A stretch of DNA of 64,000 bases from Schmidtea nova (taxonomy: Eukaryota): positions 183,644,001-183,708,000 of the forward strand of contig CM097883.1 of NCBI GenBank assembly GCA_044892505.1, written 5' to 3'. The first letter of the stretch is position 1; every line of letters begins with the position of its first letter. The notes under the pieces are model-generated. The model was not told the DNA's origin, did no database searches, and worked only from the letters and a program-made list of their open reading frames with translations. Positions 27,101 through 34,905 of this stretch are shown piece after piece. The translations under genes were made by a program, and so were the position numbers.

Positions 27101-29516
27101 NNNNNNNNNNNNNNNNNNNNNNNNNNNNNNNNNNNNNNNNNNNNNNNNNNNNAATTTTTTTTTGAATTCATTAAAAATTAAAAAGGAACAAGTTTAAAAA
27201 CGCACGATAAAGCATTACGCAGTAAACTAACACAAAAGAAAATAAAACCGTAAAGTACAATAGTAATCATACGAACCGCGTTCGATGAGTCGGTCGAGAT
27301 AGGGCTTAAACGATAGAAAAGAGGCATCTCAAAAAAGAGCCAACAATTTGAGCGAAGGTCGCATTAACATACGAAGGACCGCGCGAGAATTGAATGGGGA
27401 AGATCATCATTTTACAGAATAACGAAAAGCACGATCAAAGAACAAAATTGATATCAAAATAAAGAAAATAATTTATTAAAAAGTATAGGAAAAATCCCCA
27501 TTGAAATATCGGAGGTACGAATAAAAATAGAATTAAATTAAAGTTGATTGTTTTAATCAATCAATTAATATACAAAAGTTAATGTATACACATGATTTAA
27601 CGGAATTTATAACAAATATTGTAGAAATAAATAGATCAAATTATAAAATTAAAATTACAAAAAAAAATAAATAAATAACCATTTATTAAAGCCATTTATT
27701 AACCATTTTATTAAATAGTCAATATAATTATTTGAATGAAAACATGCGTGGGTGTCAGTCTATTTTAGTATAAAAAGACGCAAAAACAGTTGAAGTAATG
27801 TACAGTTAGTTTGCAGTTAACACAAATTTTGATTTCGTGTTTTCGCCAGCCAGTCGCGTAGGTGAGTAGGCTTGTTTTGTGTATGGTAACCTGTAATGAA
27901 CATCAGATTTAATCATGTTATGTACTGGTATTCAATAAATGTTTTGAATCATAAAAATTTATGATTATTCGCGGATAAATCCTTAGAACATCCGGGAAAA
28001 TAAATAAGGACATGTCCTGATGGTCTCGCTTCCTGGTGGGCAATAAATGGCCTCTCGGCCTGACTGTCTTTGGAGAGTTTGGCGATGCGTTGTACTTGAA
28101 CCAAATTTGGGCGAGAGAAAATAGGATTGCCAGGAGCATTCATTGGTTTGGTGAATTAATTGAGAATGAATAAAGGTATATTGTTGATAGCGGAAAGTAA
28201 TAGATCGATAGAAGGAAAATCATTCGATTCTTACTTACAGCAAGAACCCGAAGAGAGAATTTAGTGAGGAGTAGTTTCGGCAACGGAACTCATCTGCTCA
28301 CTAGATTCTCGCCATCGTGTACAGTACCAACATAGTTATTTGGGGAATAACTATGGGAACACGGGTGTGATGGATTGATATTTATGTTTTAGTGTGGGTT
28401 GTATTAACCCCTAGAAATCGTTAATAGTTTTATAACAACACCCATACCACCCAACATATATATTAGTAATTAATTTTTCTATTTTAAATGTTTTCAATAA
28501 CTAAAAGTATTTTTATAAAATATAATACTAATTCTTTAAGGCTAAGAACTTGACCGTAACAAATTATTTATTTTTATCTTCTTATTTATTACCTAAAATT
28601 TTTATGAATTCTTTATTTTGAATTTTATTTCTGCACTCCGTACACAGCCCAAGAAAACTACTAGATCACACTAATACATAAGCTAAATAAACTGGATGAC
28701 CACTAGAATTTTTATTTGCGTTTATCATCAGGGAGCTTTTGCAAATTAAATCCTGAGTAGATCATTTTGTTATTAATAATTTACTTTAAGTTACACATTT
28801 TTAAATAGATACATAAATTATGAAATTAGGGATACAGGGAAATTAAAATTTTAGTATTGTAACATGAAATTTAATATGGTTTATCAAATTGTTTTTACTA
28901 ATTTTTACCATTTTTTCAGGATTTATTTTTAACATTCATTTTGTATTCTTTAATATTAGAATTGAGTGGATTTTAAATTATTAATTTCGGATTGTAATAT
29001 AATTTAAACATTGTTGTTTTAATTATTGACTTAATTGATCAATTTAAAAGGATTACTTGAACATATTATACAGTTGCATCTATTTTTAAAGAACATTTTA
29101 TTGTAAAACTTTATTTTTAAAAATATCGAATTTCTAGTTTTTTCTAATAACTGTTGTAAATAAATGAAATTTTCAATATAAATGCTTTCATAATTCGTGT
29201 GATATATAGTGATAAATATTCAGAGATATTTATTGTGGTTCATTAAAATGTGATTTTAATTTCGTGAACAAAACACCGAATATTAAATGGCAGCAATCAT
29301 TGGAAAATATTAATTATATTACATATGAAGATAAAAGAAAATGTTATTTTGGGCAGTATAATACAAATTTAACAGGAATATCTGATCCTACGATGGTACC
29401 GAATGGATCACCCTGTGGTTTGAACAAAGTAATTTACTATGTAATTTGACTTTGATTTATTCTTATTTCAGTATTGCGTATATCAAAAATGTGTTCCTAT
29501 TCCAAAAACTCAATAA
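52..29516 (+). CDS. ADAM-family (reprolysin/M12B) metalloprotease gene, 5'-incomplete; metalloprotease + disintegrin + Cys-rich domains, no EGF/TM/tail
   Basis: Exons 52-102, 145-311, 1633-1714, 6471-6613, 17542-17722, 17782-18027, 18071-18270, 29224-29428, 29472-29516 join at GT-AG sites with consistent phases into one reading frame. It contains HELAHSLGIEHD, the CIM Met-turn, the disintegrin CRASTNECDLTEYCTG, DIYCGSLKC and DPTMVPNGSPCG. AATAAA overlaps the stop codon. Confidence 0.9.
145..311 (+). CDS. ADAM exon, metalloprotease domain (ISKQMMVTV...KHDILVFI)
   Basis: TTTAG acceptor at 144, open frame, HD motif, GTAAAA donor at 312, phase 2 matching exon 1633. Confidence 0.8.
808..1062 (+). 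mobile_element. Penelope-like retroelement GIY-YIG endonuclease remnant
   Basis: LVYRFTYNGCNAINIGKTIRHLCIRVQEH and ILY...CEALNIK resemble the PLE endonuclease; frameshifted. A short inverted copy of the NCEA segment lies near 640-660. Confidence 0.65.
1633..1714 (+). CDS. ADAM exon (GLSFSYYSGRTFMKGMCHYKKSVALIT)
   Basis: AG at 1631-32 and GTAAGT at 1715; matches the G..MC..S segment preceding the zinc site. Confidence 0.85.
3443..3460 (+). promoter_or_regulatory. Putative TATA box of LTR-A inside the perfect palindrome ATCAGTATATATACTGAT
   Basis: The aligned position in copy 2 reads CAGTATAAATACTG (50389-50402). Confidence 0.5.
3671..3952 (+). repeat. Array of four stem-loops, core CAC(C/T)G-TG(T/A)AA(T/A)-CGGTG
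   Basis: Units at 3671-3700, 3738-3767, 3836-3865 and 3918-3952; three units in copy 2 (50637, 50716, 50801). Confidence 0.9.
4416..4551 (+). repeat. Array of three bulged stem-loops with core CTG-TAYR-TAG (UGUAHAUA, Pumilio-element-like)
   Basis: Units at 4416-4437, 4469-4492 and 4529-4551; conserved at about 51252-51273, 51305-51328 and 51365-51387. Confidence 0.85.
4638..5240 (+). CDS. LTR-encoded 200-aa protein: N-terminal coiled coil, Thr/Pro linker, basic motif KKKKKSKMGARQRRWKK; function unknown
   Basis: Intact ORF; about 80% amino-acid identity by eye to copy 2, with many synonymous changes. Confidence 0.85.
   Translation: MDNFDSQKMANTQAELDKAWRIIRSLEKEMLRKSEKIKEADVLISNLKKSWFSPDQMKAQILKTQRSQRANSEIQMELDATKMELKKCLKSVTASYLNQELRQLIRPITYQHWADEKAGCSKGTNTDEPSQVRTITVATTPKSTTNPEGKKKKKSKMGARQRRWKKQVLQQLTQHSKEVPEIDLTRDFAITDEDIIKYFE
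5627..5729 (+). ncRNA. Putative structured RNA motif in the 3' part of LTR-A (GAGUA/UCAYCUG internal loop, GCAA tetraloop, second 10-bp hairpin)
   Basis: The same fold with compensatory changes occurs at 28255-28355. Confidence 0.6.
6471..6613 (+). CDS. ADAM catalytic exon (HELAHSLGIEHD...CIM)
   Basis: Canonical HExxHxxGxxH zinc-binding motif plus Met-turn; TTTAG acceptor and GTATAT donor. Confidence 0.95.
8352..8976 (+). mobile_element. Non-autonomous Tc1-family element (~625 bp) with a transposase N-terminal HTH remnant (8591-8800)
   Basis: TA TSDs at 8350-51 and 8977-78; ~60-bp TIRs (CAGCCTACCAAATGTCTCCAGTCAGGCAG / CTGCCTGACTGGAGACTTTTGGTAGGCCGG); ELTDFQKGII and RSGHPK motifs. Confidence 0.9.
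10515..11400 (+). mobile_element. Decayed hAT (Buster/GTF2IRD2-like) transposase remnant
   Basis: Frameshifted peptides such as EIPLSRNTVKDRVLHVARDVNQQL and CLDE; ends not defined. Confidence 0.6.
14033..16600 (-). mobile_element. hAT-superfamily (hATm-like) transposon with a frameshifted transposase
   Basis: ORF pieces 16270-16557, 15614-16273, 14580-15479 and 14317-14712 carry LVLHFDGK, FDTTASNTG, LACQHHI and NDTAERG; TIR-like TAGAGTGTCCC at 14033; the other end was not found. Confidence 0.8.
17542..17722 (+). CDS. ADAM exon (PVMWSNCS...CLNDFP...FCG)
   Basis: Phase-2 join AA|A = Lys; WSxCS and CLxxxP motifs; GTAATA donor at 17723. Confidence 0.85.
17782..18027 (+). CDS. ADAM disintegrin exon
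   Basis: CC..C.L....CS.G.CC...C and CR....ECDL.EYCTG...CP.D pattern; flanked by 59-nt and 43-nt GT-AG introns. Confidence 0.93.
18071..18270 (+). CDS. ADAM Cys-rich exon (GYCFKGNC...GHCG...YC)
   Basis: Phase 0 start at 18071; phase 2 donor at 18271 fits the exon at 29224. Confidence 0.88.
18481..18540 (+). mobile_element. Possible tRNA-derived SINE head or tRNA pseudogene
   Basis: GGGGCTCGTAGTAATGG (A-box-like) and GGGTCTCAATCCC (B-box-like); degenerate. Confidence 0.3.
21186..22806 (+). pseudogene. gag: gypsy gag (three CCHC knuckles) and protease, with one in-frame TAA (21762-64) and a frameshift near 22555
   Basis: CFKCNKEGYIARFC, CYKCGKRGHIAANC and CYECGGGHLARYC; protease MFDTGA. Confidence 0.85.
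22978..26178 (+). CDS. pol: gypsy pol: reverse transcriptase, RNase H, integrase (open, 1066 aa)
   Basis: RMCVDYRALN, YLDD, TDAS, GHPG...CQEC, AMDITG, IHSD and DGLVER motifs. Confidence 0.95.
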   Translation: MCLMVKESKWQREILISDYVLKVDEGYVLVKIDKMEGGIKQLHVGTTLGYKERFYDKMAEKANIGSMSSLEQRREITTIDKILRSIEDSLDHSIKYSERKELVKTIEENKDVFSKYKMDIGKSTSLSHEIDTGNARPIAFKPRKVPLGLEEEVDHMVQDLLRAGIVRPSKSAWNFPIVVVRKTNGDIRMCVDYRALNAKTARPIFPIPAAEDLFDTLGGAKFFSTLDLSSGYYQVPIKEGDIEKTAFSTKYGQFEFTRMPFGLCSAPATFQKLMNMVLRNENWIKCVVYLDDVLIFGRTIEEYNQRLNTVLRRIKESGLKLSPAKCSFLKTEVNYLGHVINENWVKTDPEKIESIRSWKMPTCKKELQTFLGFCNYYRRFIKIYAATSEKLSSMLKSENNFVWNEDRKGAFYELKSRLSTPPVLALPNKEGEYILDTDASHNSMGAVLSQRQNGEERVLCYASKTMSKSQRKYCITRKELLTIYTFVLKFKHYLMGSKFLVRTDHQALKWLLKWDNPNTSQYCVWRAELEVYDMVVEYRKGEEHISADAMSRLPPCEQCLLKHKEPMKRRNVKVYDELIDVKRTGNDDLESERVLCELKVHEHDWGQDDDVDIQTIIKRMKRSDSENDRNVEEIRRGSKELQTIWAHRKKLRIRGDLLYIQEDKEYRLILPKLKRKELIIQFHSFLGHPGIEKTYRIIKNEYYWLNMESDISEVIGKCQECAHNKNRNGRIRAPFQSIIGEKPFQIIAMDITGPFKTTQKGFRYILGIIDYFSKYISLIPMRNIETENIPEAVWSQWISKFGAPEQIHSDCRSNFQSRLFAEYCKILGIRKTFTSPYYPQSDGLVERLFGTAKSMIAAVLEEKKSKDWSVVLPVIEFGLRTTIQKSTNYSPYEIVFGNQARLPISAIKVNTRHFQDYDDYVQQLQLNLSDIHKKVRENMDRQRECIVARYNQNRWHKELIVGDKVMIKNEDRRGFEKKYIGPFIIEEIMDKWTYVLYSDKAKKRIRRNYNQIKVVNDEGDSCRVKPTNTSIWSREPKTNLKPTRRYPLRTTRNQKPKYRSVASEGM
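26950..28440 (+). mobile_element. Large LTR-like sequence, family B (left boundary uncertain, partly masked)
   Basis: Ends ...TAACAACA at 28440; TATAAAAAG at ~27770; 3' region is homologous to the 3' end of LTR-A. Confidence 0.55.
29224..29428 (+). CDS. ADAM Cys-rich exon (DIYCGSLKC...DPTMVPNGSPCGLNK)
   Basis: TTCAG acceptor at 29223; conserved CG.L.C and V..G..CG motifs; GTAATT donor at 29429. Confidence 0.9.
29472..29516 (+). CDS. ADAM terminal exon (YCVYQKCVPIPKTQ*)
   Basis: Follows a 43-nt intron ending TTTCAG; C....C end of the Cys-rich domain; stop TAA lies within AATAAA. Confidence 0.8.
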   Translation, partial: YCVYQKCVPIPKTQ

Positions 29517-29793
29517 ATATTTCTGATTCATTGAAAAAATTTAGTTTTTTGCTTAATTTTTATTTAAAATAATGTTGAATAATTTCAAATTTATTATATA
29601 AATTAAATTATTAAATCAAAGTAAATAAATTTTGATCATAATCTGGTGGTTGAAGGCATAAATAACTAAAAATTTTCTAATGCCTAATGCAGCAAAGCAA
29701 AATAAATAATGAGAACATTGTTTTATTTTCTTTAAATGTTATTAGTAATAATTCTGACAATTATTTTTTATTGCATTTTCCAATGTTTTAGTA

Positions 29794-29998
29794 CAGTGAT
29801 TTAGTAAATGAATACCCATGAGATTACAAATAAAAATTATAACCTGTTAGTAAATGTTTATTTTGCAAAATAATTTCAAGTTTAGCTGCACCTAAATTCT
29901 TGATAGATTTAAGGTTTAATAATAGTGGTGAATTATTAAGGAATTGGGGCCGCAATAAAAACTGATTGAGTCGTGATTAAAAAGGCTGAGAAACACTG
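29794..29998. mobile_element. hAT (Charlie-like) MITE
   Basis: CAGTG...GAGAAACACTG ends; 8-bp TSD TTTTAGTA / CTTTAGTA (7 of 8 match). Confidence 0.75.
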
Positions 29999-30147
29999 CT
30001 TTAGTACATATTTTAATGGAATTTGGAAGTTTTCATTTAATATCTTTTAATACAGTTGAACTCGGTTATAATGAACAGAATTGGTATTTGTTATCTCCAA
30101 GAAGTAACAAAATAGGTAGTGAATGATTTTCATGTAAATATTCATTT

Positions 30148-30852
30148 TGTTGGAGTTGATATTAAAATCACAAAAATAAAAAGAAATAATAGTAAACGCA
30201 AAGAAATATCAAAATAAATAAAAGTGCAAAAATTAATTAAAACATTTATTAAAATTAATATTTATCGGGAGAAATGGGTTAGGTTGAATGCCAAATCAAA
30301 AAACGAATTCAAAAATAATAATTTACTAAGGGGTCCTCAGAGAAAGTTATCGTAAAAACAAACTAATTAAAAATTAATTAATCGCTCAACTTGTGAGATC
30401 AAAAGCGGGAGATTGCGCAGGGCAATTAGGGAGGATCCACCCGAACGCAAACATGATAGTTTGTTTATGAGCCAATTAAGCCAGAGATTGGGTAACTTTT
30501 CGGTTTTGATTAAATTTAATTGTCATTTGAGAAATATATAAAAGGCAGTGCAGAAGTATAGGATGGAGAGTAACTGAGAGAAATTTATAATATTTGGTCA
30601 GTTGAGGAAATTTGGAAAACGAGAATTATTATTGCTAGTTCAGTAAAAAAAATAAGAATTGAATAGGTACTTGCGGAATCCTGAAAAGACAATAGACGAA
30701 GTGAGAAAAGATTTTAGTAACAGTTAGTCACCATTGGGATTTAAGCCCTAACGTAAGAATCAAATCCAAAAAAGAGAGTGAAAATTACTGAAAGTGTTAA
30801 TTATATTGATTAAAACAAATTAAGTTGAAAGATAAATTGTATTTGTGGTGGT
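30148..30852 (+). mobile_element. Left part of an LTR-like sequence (family C) interrupted by the Maverick; probably continues from 47714 to ~48560
   Basis: TGTTGG start, as in LTR-A; CCAAT boxes and TATATAAAAG at ~30536; inserted just after a TcMar-type TIR (TA|CAGTTGAACTCGGTTATAA at 30053); TSD not confirmed. Confidence 0.4.
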
Positions 30853-31744
30853 AGCAGTAGAATGTGAGTCAATCAGATATAGGTCAAGGCCCCCTCTAGA
30901 ATTTTTTTATGTAGGTCAATTTAAGAACATTTTACCGTCAAATCTTTTGCTTAAGGGCACCTTAGGTGTAAAATGTATGCCAAGGTTGATTTAAGGTCAT
31001 TTTAAGGTAATTTTAGATGAAATTTATGGTTTAAGGGCACTTTAAGGATAAAAAAGAATCAAGGTCGTTTTAAGGACACTTTAAGGAAAATAGGTAAAGT
31101 TCGTATTTCAGGTCACGATGAGGAAAATTAAGTAGGTCAAATATGTTTAAAGTGAATTTAATGTTAAATTAAGGAGGTCAAATACAATTTTCAAAATTTT
31201 TCTGTCAGAATTAAATACGTCGATTTCAGGTCAGGATGAGGACAAATTAAGTAGGTTGATAATAATAATAAATTTTTGTATGTCAAAATTAAGTAGGTCA
31301 AATATAATTTTCGAAATTTTTCTAAGTCAGAATAAGGAAGGCTATTAAAAATTTTCGAAATTAATCAAAGTAAGAATTATGTAGATTAATAATAATTTTC
31401 TAATATTTCTATGTCAGAATTTAGTAGGTTAATAATAAATTTCGAAATTTTTCCAAGTCAGAATTAAGTAGGTCACTTTAAGGATACTTTAAACTCCACA
31501 AAGTAGGGCAAACATAATTTTCAAAAAGTTTATGTCAGAAATAAGTAGGTCGAATATAATAATTTTCGATGTCAGAATTAAGTAGCTCAAAAATAAAAAA
31601 AATTTGAAAATGTTTTCTAAGTAAGAATTAACTACTAAGTGACACAACATTTTGTGACTAACATGGCATTGTAAGTACAAGTTTAATAAAGGCAATGCAA
31701 TCAAGCTGAAATATTAACAAGGTAAGTAAAGAGTAATTTGATTC

Positions 31745-31804
<60 letters not shown>
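31745..31804. repeat. (TAA)n microsatellite
   Basis: Direct reading of the sequence. Confidence 0.95.
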
Positions 31805-31806
<2 letters not shown>

Positions 31807-31951
31807 TTTTAAAACTTTGATAATAAAATTTTAAAATTAACACTAGTCAATAAATCGAAACTATAATAAAAATTTGGACAAGAAAAAACTAAATTAGATA
31901 ATATTAAAATTTATTAAATAAAATTTATGTAAATCGTGCACTGTCAATTCT

Positions 31952-32269
31952 CTAAATTGGAGTTATATTATCTTTTGTATCTACTTTATAACCCTGAATA
32001 ATTATATTAGTGAACCAGTGTTCTTGATCCTTGTATTCGATTGATTGGAACGCATCCTGGAAACAAGTTTTTCTGTTGTTGATGTAAATTGTTTCTTTGC
32101 TACTTAAACTTTTATTGATTTTCAATAAAACTTTATTTATTGCAACAACATCTTCTTTAGATATACTTGCAGCTAAACTGACATACAATAACTCTGTTAA
32201 TTTGACCGGGTACGATAATCTAAAAAGTATTTCTTCTACAAAGAAATAAATTTTATAGTCATGATACAT
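31952..32269 (-). CDS. Maverick accessory ORF, unknown function
   Basis: 105-aa ORF inside the TIRs; no family recognised. Confidence 0.35.
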   Translation of the reverse strand: MYHDYKIYFFVEEILFRLSYPVKLTELLYVSLAASISKEDVVAINKVLLKINKSLSSKETIYINNRKTCFQDAFQSIEYKDQEHWFTNIIIQGYKVDTKDNITPI

Positions 32270-32669
32270 TTGGACTGGTTTGAATTGTGTCTTGATTTTT
32301 CTTTTAATTTCTTCTTTCTTGCTTTCTTCACCATTGATTGTGTTGTTAAAAATTTTATAAGTAGGAAAATTTTGTGATGATGTTAAATTTGTGTGATGTA
32401 GTTAAATGTTTTAGTTAGTGTCTTTATTTAAAATGTTTAAGTATTTAGTTAATGTTTATATGTCTTTAGTTATTTGTCAAATTATTTAAAAACTATTTTA
32501 ATAAAGAAAACAGCTATATAAATAAAAAACATATTACTATTTAAAAACTTATAAACAAACTAAAAAACGAATTATAATAAATTTATTAAATGAAAACTAA
32601 AAATGGTAAATACAAATGATAACACATAAAAACCTAAATAATAACAATAAACATATATACTATATTCAG

Positions 32670-32888
32670 TTATTGTTGTGGTGATGATTGATTGCAATCT
32701 GTCATCTCATGATTACATTCGTCATAATCTGGAAGATCATCAGAAATCTTGCGATGACATTCATCAAAATCAGGTGATTCTGTCGATTCGTCGCATTGTG
32801 AAGATTAATCACATTGAACTGATTCGTCACATTCTGATGGAACCGGACAATCAACGGATTCATCAAATCCGGAGTATAATTGGGCCAT
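32670..32888 (-). pseudogene. Small acidic Cys/Asp/Glu repeat ORF (MAQLYSGFDESVDCPVPSECDESVQCD*SSQCDES...)
   Basis: Repeated (E/Q)CDES and DEC units; one internal TAA. Confidence 0.45.
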
Positions 32889-32967
32889 CTTTTAGGTTCT
32901 TCGTCTTCTTCTTATTTTCTAATTTTGCGGATTCTAACTCGAATCTTTTCAGTTCACTCAGCAGATT

Positions 32968-33165
32968 TTATATACGGAACCTCTCAATTCGGTCGGTACA
33001 ATGCCCCCATTGATAGGCACACAGTATGTGCTCGGCCATGAAAGGGATCTCAACATTCAGATTTGCGAGGTGGTCCAGCAATATTTGATTGATGTCTATT
33101 CCCGTAATACACTGGATATTATACAGGAATAGTTCGGGTGCTGTGTAAATCAGCTGAGTCATCAA
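32968..33165 (-). CDS. Maverick accessory ORF (HILCAYQWGHC), unknown function
   Basis: 65-aa ORF in tandem with neighbouring accessory ORFs. Confidence 0.4.
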   Translation of the reverse strand: MMTQLIYTAPELFLYNIQCITGIDINQILLDHLANLNVEIPFMAEHILCAYQWGHCTDRIERFRI

Positions 33166-33364
33166 ATTGGGGAATATTTCTTCCAGTTTGTTTTAATTTT
33201 TCATCACTAATAAATTCCTTGCATCCCATAATTATAAATCTCCCGGTCTTAACATATATTATAGGATATTTACAACTTCTTTCAATAATTTGCTGTGGTT
33301 TCCCCTTTAAGAAATTCATGTGAGATACATCAGTTTTACCCTTATAATTTATGTTGCTAGTCAT
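33119..33364 (-). CDS. Maverick accessory ORF, possible TBP-like fold fragment
   Basis: SNINYKG and IIYVKTGRFIIMGCK resemble the TBP repeat motif (LIF.SGK.V.TG.K). Confidence 0.35.
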   Translation of the reverse strand: MTSNINYKGKTDVSHMNFLKGKPQQIIERSCKYPIIYVKTGRFIIMGCKEFISDEKLKQTGRNIPQFDDSADLHSTRTIPV

Positions 33365-33434
33365 TACTTTAATGAATATTTTTTAAATATGAAAACAACA
33401 ATAACAACTATTATTTAAAATAAATATAAACAAC

Positions 33435-33471
<37 letters not shown>

Positions 33472-33493
33472 TGAAAATTATAAAATTATAAAT

Positions 33494-34105
33494 ATGGAAT
33501 TAAGAAATGATGCAGTGTTTCAAATTGTTGGCCCGAGTGGAAGTGGAAAAAATTTGTTTGTTTGTAAATTATTACAATCAAAATTATTCAAGTCTTTAAT
33601 TTAATAAAATTTATTGGCAAAAGGGATGAACATGGATTGACTCAAGATCAATTTTGTAAAATAAAAATGACAATCATAAAAGGTTTCGATAAATATTGGT
33701 CATTTAGATTTCGACAAGGTGATGTTATTATTGATGACTTGTATCAAGAAGCAAATAGAGAAAAGGATTTATAACTTATTTACAAAAATTGCTAAACACA
33801 AAGGTGTTACAGTAAGTTTTATTACTCAGAATTTATTTCACAATGGTGACAGTCATCGAACTCGTAATTTGAATTTTCAATATCTAGTTGTTTTTAAAAA
33901 TCCTAGAGATGCAGCAGTTATTGATTTTCTTGCAAGACAAGCATGCCCATCTAATCCTTATTTCTTGATTGATGCGTTTCAAGATGCTACAAAAGCTCTT
34001 CATGAATATCTTTTTCTTGATTTCATACAACAAAGTTTATATGATTTAAGAGTTAGAACAGATATTTTCAACCAGGAAGGAGCCATCGGTTATAAACAAA
34101 GTTAA
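33494..34105 (+). pseudogene. Maverick packaging ATPase (FtsK/A32-like), frameshifted
   Basis: Walker A GPSGSGK, Walker B IIDDL, ITQNLF and FKNPRD motifs. Confidence 0.92.
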
Positions 34106-34446
34106 TTAGATTTATATTATCAATCATGTTAATGAAATCTTAAGTAAAGTTTTTGCGTTTGATAAATGCTAGAAAATCGCAGAAACTAAAAAAACAAAGA
34201 AATTTGGAGAAAAAACCAATTGCAAAGAATAGTTATAAACAACCGAAAAAATTAATTATGGATAATATTTCGCAGAATAATCGCATTAAAAATACTTTAA
34301 AACCAAAACAAATACATCATCGTAGTTTCCCATTTTTTACTTAAAGCCCCAAGTATTAGAAGAATGAGTATTTTACAATCATTTCCTAATTACGTTATTG
34401 ATGATTTATTAGTAGGGGAAAGTGAGCGCACAGCCCCACTTTTTTT

Positions 34447-34905
34447 CAACTAGCAACGGTTGCTAGGGTAAATACACACATCAAGATATTCCTCAATTCA
34501 GGTGATGCCAGGGTGAACGTGCACACACATCAATATATATATATATATATATATATTCCCCGATGAACCTGTTGCCAGGGTAAACACACACACATCAAAA
34601 TATTCCTCGAGACAGGTATTGCTAAGGTAAGCACACACATTACTATATAATCACCGGGGAGATGTTGCTAAGGTAAATACACACATCAAGATATTCCTCA
34701 ATGCAGGTGTTGCTAGGGTAAACACACATCAATATATATTCACCGAGGATCCTGTTGCCAGGGTTAACACACACATCAATATATTCCTCGAGGCAGTTAT
34801 TGCTAAGGTAAGCACACACATTAATATATAATTACCGGGAAGATATTGCTAGGGTAAATACGCACATTAAAGTGTAGTGCATTGGAATCTGTTGCTAAGA
34901 TAAAC
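34447..34905. repeat. Subterminal tandem array (~45-50-bp units, GTTGCTAGGGTAAAYACACACATCAA), left arm
   Basis: About ten diverged units; mirrored, with extra units, at ~43735-44390. Confidence 0.9.

Noticed and set aside
30847-30852. 6-bp TSD of the outer Maverick (GGTGGT vs GCGGGT at 47714-19)
   Set aside because: Only 4 of 6 match and the termini are degenerate, so it is not claimed.
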